This document shows, in pieces, positions 55,170 through 64,000 of a stretch of DNA of 64,000 bases (its first letter is position 1; each line of letters starts with the position of its first letter). The notes under the pieces were generated by a model. The model had not been told where the DNA came from, ran no database searches, and saw nothing but the letters and a program-made list of their open reading frames with translations. This DNA is from Octopus sinensis (Eukaryota), in NCBI RefSeq assembly GCF_006345805.1, contig NC_043008.1, positions 38,130,001 to 38,194,000 of the forward strand. The letters run 5' to 3'. The translations under genes and the position numbers were made by a program.

Positions 55170-55385
55170 AAGGTGGCAAGCTGGCAGCAATGTTAGCACA
55201 CAGGGTGAAATGCTTAGCAGTATTTCATCTGTCTTTACGTTCTGAGTTCAAATTCCCCTGAGATCGACTTTGCCTTTCTTCCTTTCAGAGTTGATAAATT
55301 AAGTACCAGTTGCATACTGAGTTGACCTAATCGGCTGGCCCCTCCCCCAAAACTTTGAGCCTTGTGCTTAGAGTAGATAAGAATA
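55170..55385 (+). mobile_element. SINE family B, alternative 3' end (ccctcccccaaaac...ccttgtgcttagagtag)
   Basis: B head and body with the 3' variant also seen at ~16245 and ~63710. Confidence 0.8.
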
Positions 55386-56189
55386 TATAATTGCGTTTAT
55401 ATATAAAAATGAATGTTATATACTCATTTACAGTGGAAGTGTTTATACTATGAATGTATATCAGGGGCCATGGTTTGCATTACTTATCAACATATACATA
55501 ACACATAATCAAATCCAGTGCAGATAACCTTTTCTTTCGTAAAAAAAAACAAAATGTAGCTTCGTTAAAGGCATTGAGTAAACTTCCATTTAATATCAGT
55601 TATTTTTAACACTTTTCTTGGTGTATTGCATGTTTGTTTCTCTTTTTTTCCCCATCTATGATTTTATTTTTGATCTTCTATATAAATGAAGATATTTCCT
55701 ATGTCTGGCTGTTTTTCTTGTTACAAAATGAGAATCTTACTTTGCAGAGCCATTATTTTAATGTGTTGTATCTATTTATCACCCAACGAGATTCATCGGC
55801 ACCACCTGATGCACCTGAACCAGTTGTTGAGTGTGTCACCCATGAGGGATCGATGGTAGGTGTGTCAAAACAAATGTCATGATTAATAATAAATTTTTGC
55901 ATATTCCATCTTCCATCTTTCATTTTCCTTATATATAACGATCAGTGTGAAAGTGACCGTGCTTTACCAGTAAGCTACCAGGTGTAAACCATTCTGCTTT
56001 ACTATCCAATAATACACACACACACACACACTTGTAATGATGCATGTGATTTTCTTGGACTATACTTTTTCTTCTCTCTGGACTTTTCCTTCTTTCCTCC
56101 TTCTGACAAATAGCCAACACTTGAAATGTCACACCCTACTTTTTTCCATCTTAAACTTTCTTGTTTCTGATTTTAATTTTGATTTGCCT

Positions 56190-56476
56190 ATTGGCACTTG
56201 TCCGGTGGCACATGAAAAAGGATTCGAGCGAGGTCATTGCCAGTACTGCCTGACTGACCCCCGTGCCAGTGGCACGTGAAAGTACCCACTACACTCTCAG
56301 AGTGGTTGGCGTTAGGAAGGTCATCCAGCTGTAGAAACTCTGCCAGATCAAGATTGAAGCCTGGAGCAGCCATCTGGTTCGCCAGTCCTCAGTCAAATCG
56401 TCCAACCCATGCTAGCATGGAAAGCGGATATTAAACGATGAAGATGATGATGATGATGAGGATGATGATGATGATA
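56190..56476 (+). mobile_element. Family F retroposon with (GAT)n tail
   Basis: ...gagtggttggcgttaggaaggtcatccagctgtagaaactc...catggaaagcggatattaaacgatgaagatgatgat. Confidence 0.85.
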
Positions 56477-56858
56477 TATATGTATGTCTGTGTGTGTAGA
56501 ATCAGAAGTTATGCAATTACTCAGGGCCTGAGAGGTTTGTGCATAGCACTTATCAAACCAAGTGTGTGTGTGTGTGTGTGCCTGTGTTCATCTCTTTGTG
56601 TAAGTGTGTGGTGGTATTGTACTCTCGGTTGCTTATGCAACAAGCAAGTGGCAGCAAGCTGCAGCCTAATGAGACCTGTAGGTCATGGACATAGATCAAA
56701 GTCAACTCTTAACACACTAGCAGAATTTGAACCGTGAATCTAGACATGTGATTGAACAGCGGTAGATTGATATGTTGTGCAACTGTATCTACCAGACCAT
56801 TACTTTTCAGTGTATATAATTATTGTTGAACACAAAGGAAATTCTAATAAAAGGAATG

Positions 56859-56922
<64 letters not shown>

Positions 56923-57390
56923 CACTACTACTACTACTGTTGCTGATGCTTCTGTGTGATTTAATTAAATTCATGACAATTATTGACTTTATTTTCTCTA
57001 TGATTTTTAATGATATTTATTTGAAGTGTGAAAATCATTTACAGAGAATCTAATACAATAAGGCTGAAATGAAAATTACATTATTTTCAAGATAATATTT
57101 TATTTTCTAACTACTGAAAGATAGCTTTGAAAAATATAATTTTAATTTTCTCTTCTAAATATTATTTTGCAAATTTGCAAAACAGTTTTGACTGTTGCTG
57201 GTACATTTATTTATTTATTTATTTATTATTTATTTATTTATTTATATTTTACCTAAGCAGTTTTATATTCATTTTCACATGACTAACTGTATATATTACA
57301 TTAATAGCATGTCAGTGAATATTGTCTGTTATGCATGCATCTACATCTGCATGAGTATTTATACGTGTGTCTGTATTTATATATATATAT

Positions 57391-57577
57391 ATACATATAA
57401 ATAATGATAGGAAGATATATATATATATATTATATATATACACATATAATAATGATGAGGAAGATATATATATATATATATATAATATATATATATATAC
57501 ACATATAAATAATGATGAGGAAGATATATATATAATATATATATATATATATACACATATAAATAATGATGAGGAAG

Positions 57578-57617
<40 letters not shown>

Positions 57618-57631
57618 AATAATGATGAGGA

Positions 57632-57672
<41 letters not shown>

Positions 57673-57804
57673 AATAATGATGAGGAAGATATATATATAT
57701 ATATATATTATATAATATATACACATATAAATAATGATGAGGAAGATATATATATATATATATATATCTATATATATATATACATATAAATAATGATGAG
57801 GAAG

Positions 57805-57835
<31 letters not shown>

Positions 57836-57921
57836 AATAATGATGAGGAAGATATATATATATATATATTATATATATATATATATACACATATAAATAA
57901 TGATGAGGAAGATATATATAT

Positions 57922-57950
<29 letters not shown>
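57391..57950. repeat. Minisatellite: 10 copies of ACACATATAAATAATGATGAGGAAGAT joined by variable (TA)n
   Basis: Ten cores counted; spacer lengths differ between units. Confidence 0.97.
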
Positions 57951-57967
<17 letters not shown>

Positions 57968-58835
57968 GCATGTATACATATGTGGACCAGAGTAGTTGTA
58001 AATCTATATATATTATCATTTATAGTGTTTTATTGTACAGTATACAAATTTACACACACAAACACATATACACACACATACACATATGCACTCGCAGACA
58101 CACACACAAGATCTGCAAAGGCAAATGCATAAATATTACTAACATGTAAATTAGACACTACCTCAAAAAACATGTGCATATCTTTATATATATATGCATG
58201 TGTGTAATGCATGTATATGTGTGTGCGTGCATGCATGCATGTGGTGTGTGTGTGTACAGGACATGTATGAGTTTGCATGTGTTGTTGCTCAGTATCTCAT
58301 TTTCGTTTTTCAGGTGATTGAATATTCCATATTTAGAATTTGCTTTTAAAACACATCAACTGCACGGCTTTGTTTGGATCACTTGTCACTTGGAGGACAA
58401 CTGGGTGGTGGAGAAAAGGAAAAGGTCTCCTGATTACGACTTTGGTAGTTGCTAAGAGAGGCAAGACTTAATGCAGACAAGTGAATAGATGAGAGGAGTA
58501 TAAGAAGAATGGTATGGAAAAGGTGGGTTAAACCAGACAAAAAAACGAGAGAGAGAAAGACACAGACAAAGAGATTTTAAGACAGAGTAATTAAGAAAAA
58601 GCAAAAAGGAATAAGAAGAAGAATGAGAAGAGGGAAGAGGGTAAGAAGAAAGGAAGAGCACAAAGAAAAATAATGCAAGGAAAAAATGGGAAAACACACA
58701 CACATAAGGACTGGTGATTGGAAAGGCTTCTGAGTACAAAGTTCTGTGTCATGTAACTCCACAATGAAATCTAAAGTGACATAGAAAATGATCGTCAAAC
58801 AAACAAATGGATGAATGAATGAGTTAAAGAAATGT

Positions 58836-59148
58836 GTGGAGGCACATGGCCTTGTGGTTAGAGCAGCAGACTCGCAGTCGAGGGATCGCGGGTTCCAATC
58901 TCAGACTGGGTGATGTGTGTGTTTATGAGCGAAATACCTAAGCTCCACGCAGCTCCGGCAGAAGGTAATGGCGAACTTCTGTTGATTCTTTCGCCACAAC
59001 TTTCTCTCGCTATTTCCTCCTGCATCTTGCAGCTCACCTGCAACAGACAGGCGTCCCATCCAGGTGGGGAACCTATATGCCAAGAAAACCAGGGAAACTG
59101 GCTCTCATGAACCAGTCATGGCTTGAGAAGGAACAAAAAACAACAACA
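58836..59148 (+). mobile_element. SINE family C, full length
   Basis: Matches the 51688 copy. 12-bp TSD ttaaagaaatgt at 58824-58835 and 59149-59160. Confidence 0.9.
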
Positions 59149-59371
59149 TTAAAGAAATGTAAATGGGACAAATTGCACAAGAAAGGGTTGTGTTTGTTGA
59201 TGACTGAAGAACTTTGGATGCAATGTTTAGAAATAAAGATAGAATAACTTTGACCCAAGTGTAGTAATAACTTGTTATTTATAATGAGATGGAGAATGTT
59301 GCTTATAATCTTAAAAGATAGCTATATGGAGGTAGAGTTATGAGGTTCTAATATACTTATATAAGCAGACA

Positions 59372-59585
59372 TACGAGAGGTTGCTGAAAAGTTCCTGGCT
59401 TAAGGGTATTATGAAAGGCCTGATTGGAGGCCCATCCTTCCAAGTTCTGTTTCAGGGTTTAGAAAAACTGAAGGGCCACTGCAATAAGTGTGTGAATCTG
59501 AGAGGGTAATATGTTGAACAATATGATTAACTAATCCTCTTATATTTTCTTTTACCTAAAACCAGGAACTTTTCAGCACCTTGTA
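59372..59585 (+). mobile_element. mariner-derived MITE (second copy)
   Basis: TIRs tacgagaggttgctgaaaagttcctgg / ccaggaacttttcagcaccttgta. Internal GLEKLKGHCNKCVNLRG*YVE matches the mariner C-terminal GxxKLxxRxxKCVxxxGxYVE motif. Confidence 0.85.
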
Positions 59586-60679
59586 TATACAAATAGAACA
59601 ACCTCCTCCAGGCACTTCGTGTAAGCATTGTGTTGAGTATGAGGCCATGCGGGAAGATGAGTGGAGGCATAACATCAGCATCACTAATGATCACTCCAAA
59701 CACCATAAATATTGACTGGATGTTTGATTTTTATCATTCTCGGTACATGTCCTCTGAAATATTTATATTGGAGCTTCTGCTATGAATGTCAAGTAGTACA
59801 GCATGTTGTTTCCAAATTTCTGGCAGAGGGAATCGTGTCATGGTGCTGTTTTTCTCACAGACGGTGCCCAACCGACCCTACTACACTGTGTAGTCTACAA
59901 AATCAAAAACAAACAATGAGCATGTGCAAAATTGAAAATATAAAATGGCGACAATTTGCCCATTGCACCCTGTATACACATGTGCATATACATATATTTG
60001 CATGAATGAATGTATGCATGCATAAATATCTGTATGTGTAGGGAAACATAGATTTTGCAAGAATGTATTAAGTGGGGTTATATAATTAGAAGCTCTCGTT
60101 ATCATCGAGGATCTAGATTAACTGTAAAAATGTGTTTGTGTGCATGTGCATGTGTATGTATGCATATATGTGTATGTGTGTACCCCTGCTCACATTTTTG
60201 TATCTAAAACAAACAAATTATAATCTATAATAACAATTCAATTTGTAGCTGACGTTATTTTCTTGGAGAATGTTAGCAATAATTTACACTACTTACACTT
60301 TCTCATATAGGCACTACTTCATTTATTTGACTTTTCTTCCCAAATATGTCATCGTAAAACACATCCTAAATTCTTATACTTGCCTTATTTATCATCTGCA
60401 ATTTTAGAACTGACAAATCTACTGTAGCCTCTATTTTTATTAACACGAACATTTTCTCATTTTCATATCATTACATTGATTATTTTTAGATTTATATTTT
60501 CTAACGTTATCAACATTATATTAATATTTTGTATCAAATAATGATGCATTTCCAATTTGTGCATTCATTGTTGAAGAATGAAGAAAAAATGGTTGAATAC
60601 TGGATGCTGTTGTAGAGTACTAACTGGAAGAGCAGAATGTTCAATAAAATGCTAAATAAAATATTCAATGTGCTCCTTT

Positions 60680-60885
60680 CCATGGCCTAGTGGTTTGGGT
60701 ATTACACCCATGATTGCAAAATCATGGTTTCAATTCACAGACAAAGCAGTGAGCTGTGTTCTTGAGCAAAGCACTTCATTTCACATTGCTCCAGTTTACT
60801 CAACTGCTAAGAATAAGTAACCCTACAATGGACAGGTGTTAGGTTCAGAGGGGCATGTTGTGACCCCAGTCACTCGTATGCCAGA
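60680..60885 (+). mobile_element. Decayed SINE family D/E copy
   Basis: catggcctagtggtt...ggtttcaattc...tgtgttcttgagcaaagcacttcatttcacattgctccag. Confidence 0.7.
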
Positions 60886-61311
60886 GATACAGGATCCCCT
60901 GCCCTCAGACAGTACTTACTTTACATTCTGAATGTGGATCCTGCTGACCTCGTCCTTTCTTTTTTTACCTCCCTCATTGTACTAGAAGCAGTTCAGTACC
61001 TCTTCCCCACAAATTTGTGGTTATTGTAGCCAATGATTTCTAATGTTTTATAAAACATTATTACACTGGTCACAATTGTTGTTGTTGCCATTGTAACAGT
61101 TGTTTAGCTTAGGTGAGCAGAACTACGATAAAAGTATTCCAGCTGAGAACATTCTGTCTTTCTTTTTACATTTAGATCAAATAAAGGATATTATTCAAGT
61201 GAGTTTTAACTGTAGCTTGCATCAGACTGAAGGCCACATCGTGACTACTTTGTTACAGTTGTTGTTTTATGGTGGTGGCAATGAAGAAGGTGGTGGTGTT
61301 GATAGTGGTTG

Positions 61312-61730
61312 TCATCATCATCATCATCATCCTCGTTTAACGTCTGCTTTCCCTGCTAGCATGGGTTGGACGATTTTTGACTGAGGAATGGCGAACCACA
61401 TGGCTGCACCAGACTCCAATGTGATCTAGCAGAGTTTCTACAGTTGGATGCTCTTCCTAACGAGAGTGTAGTGGGTGATTTTACATGCCACCAGCACGAG
61501 GGTCAGTCAGGTGGTACTGGCAGCGGCCACACTCAAATGGTGCTTTTGATGTGCCACCTGCACAGGAGCCAGTCCAGCGACACTGGCAACGACCACTCTC
61601 GAATGTTTTTTCACATACCACCAGCACAAGTGCCAGTAAGGCGATACAGGTAACAATCACGCTCGAATGGTGCTTTTTACATGCCACCGGCACAGAGGCC
61701 AGTTTCTTGCTCTGGCAGCGATCATGCTCG
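61312..61730 (-). mobile_element. Family F retroposon with internal ~65-bp tandem units
   Basis: (cat)n cctcgtttaacgtctgctttccctgctagcatgggttggacg..., then about 4 diverged tgccacc.gcac...ctc.aatgg units. Confidence 0.8.
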
Positions 61731-63534
61731 TTGTGTTAGTGAGAATTTTGATAATGGTAATGCTGTTTTTGTTATGGTTGCAATTATTGGTAAGAATGAT
61801 CTACTGCTTTCTGTTTCTGCTTCTGTTTCTTTTATTTTCCTTCAGCTAAAAAAAGCAACAGACACACACACACAGAGCAAGCTCTATCAGTATATCAGTA
61901 TAGCATTATTTTTGCTTTTAATATATCAATGTGAACACACACACATGTAAATGAATGCACCCACCAATCACTTCCTCATTGAAAATACTTATTATTCATT
62001 AAATAATAATTCTTATTAAACATTATACATTTATTATTTAATGGACACATTTTCAATTTTTATTAGCAAATTGTATTCATTGTAAAATTCCAGTTTTCTT
62101 TCCACTAAAATGCATCCATTCATATATTTCAGGAGTGTCAAATAATGTAGCCTTTTGTATACCACAAATACCCATGAAAATTTGAAAAAAAAAAAAAATT
62201 ATACTCCCTACCACTAAACAAAAATCATAATGGATCTTGATGCTAGATTTTAGTCTCTGTTTATTTTTTTTGTTTTTGTATATATTTTCCTTCACTGATT
62301 TTCCTAGAGAATAAAAATTAGCGTAAACTATGAAAAAAAAATAATTATAACAATACTTGTATGCTTGCAAAACTACCATAAAATTATAATTTAAATTCTA
62401 AAATATTTGGAAAGAGCAGTGTGGGGTGAATTTAGACATTTTGTATATTTGTAATTTAAGTTTTAGAAACATGTCGTAACAAGACCTCTATTTTGTTTTC
62501 TTTTTACTTCAACATTATTCAACATCTTCCGGATTTATAAACTTTAATAATAATATAATAATAATGATAATAATAATAATAATAATAATATAATAATAAC
62601 AACGATAATAATCAGAAGAAGAAGAAAATAGACATTTACTATGCTATTACAATACTAAACGGAAAACATTGTTCTTATTCATATTTATTATGATTCCATA
62701 CCATTTTGCTTAAATTACATACATATATATACATATATAGACCTATACACACATATGTATTTATATGTATATACATATAAACACACATATATGTATATAT
62801 ACATATATGTGTATTTATATGTATATACATATAAACACACATATATGTATATATACATACATAGAAATACACACATACTTATAAACACGTAAACGTGCAC
62901 AAGAATGTGTGTGTGTGTTTGACATGTAATCTAGGAAAGAACAATTTTCCTTTCTAATTTTCTTCGTTACAATGTAGCCATCATAGACCGGAAACCGTTT
63001 AAAATGACTGCCCAAATACAATACGAAACATTTTCCTCTAAACAACAATAGGGAGCTTAATAACCATGATAGTGATCTTTTATCTTGGCACAAAGTCAGC
63101 ATTATCATTACGTTGTTGCTAAAGAGGAGACTTCACCTGCACAGACCTACATTATATGGTAAGGGGATTATTTTATCGATTTTGGAGAACTGAATGGTGA
63201 AATCTGCTCAAGCTGGGTTTGAACATGCAACAAACAAGGTGAAGAAAAATCTAAATACTAAAAGGCAACAGAGAAAGGACTTATTTGTTCTTGTTTCAAT
63301 TCTATACACAAAGGTTTTGTGCTAAACCTCACATGTCCCTTGTGTTGCATTGTCCCTTTTTAATTTTGTGTTAGGCCCTCGTGGCCATTGAAGAAATAAT
63401 AATAATTATCATTCTTCTTCTTCTTCTCTTCTTCTTCTTCTTCTTATTATTATTATTATTATTATTATATTATTATTACTATTTTTATTATTATTATTAT
63501 TACTATTATTATTATTATATTATTATTATTATTA

Positions 63535-63804
63535 AGGTGGTGAGCTGACAGAATCTTTAGCATGACAGGTGAAATGATAAGTGGCATGTCGTCTGCCACT
63601 ACATTCTCAATTCAGATTCCACCGGGGTTGACTTTGCCTTTCATCCTTTCAGGGTTGATTAAATAGGTATTAGTTATGCACTGGGGTCAATGAAATCAAC
63701 TTAATCACTTCCCTCAAATTTAAGGCCTTGTGCTTCCAGTAGAAAGGATCATTATCATTATTATTATTATTATTTTTATTACTATTATTATTATTATCAT
63801 TATT

Positions 63805-63836
<32 letters not shown>

Positions 63837-64000
63837 TATTATTTTTAATAATATTATTATTATCATTGTTGTTGTTGTTGTTTTTGCTATTACTAAGGTG
63901 TCAAGCTGGCAGAATTATTAGCATGCTGGACAAAATACTTAGAGACATTTTGTCTGTCTTTATGCTCTGAGTTCAAACTCCACCAAGATTAATTTTAATT
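63535..64000 (+). mobile_element. Two SINE family B copies (63535-63750 and 63895 to window end) embedded in (TAT)n tracts
   Basis: taaggtggtgagctgacagaat...gactttgcctttcatcctttcaggg and taaggtgtcaagctggcagaat...gagttcaaactcc. Confidence 0.8.

Noticed and set aside
57391-57950. Repeat-spacer pattern superficially like a CRISPR array
   Set aside because: Spacers are only (TA)n, the context is eukaryotic and there are no cas genes.
58300-58450. Strong plus-strand acceptor ttttcgtttttcag
   Set aside because: Stops in all frames within 12 codons; could only be a non-coding exon and nothing else supports it.

Overview
AT-rich, repeat-dense eukaryotic DNA with no prokaryotic gene organisation. 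The SINE, MITE and microsatellite landscape resembles octopod cephalopod genomes (inference from recalled repeat families, not from a search). Only one host coding exon is well supported: a 208-bp minus-strand exon (26406-26613) encoding the C-terminal two-thirds of a Dpr/ZIG-8-like Ig V-type domain, so most of the window is probably intron or flank of an IgSF cell-surface gene. The rest is tRNA-derived SINEs (many full length with exact TSDs), RTE and R4/Dong-type LINE relics, mariner- and piggyBac-like MITEs, long inverted repeats, and micro/minisatellites. Almost all ORFs in the supplied track are translations of simple repeats. The most interesting signal is a set of minimal type I hammerhead-ribozyme-like motifs in three architectures: an inverted pair, a solo copy and a 293-bp tandem array. 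Their cores show C3:G8, G3:C8 and U3:A8 versions of the tertiary 3:8 pair. All structures were read by eye; none has been folded, searched or assayed.
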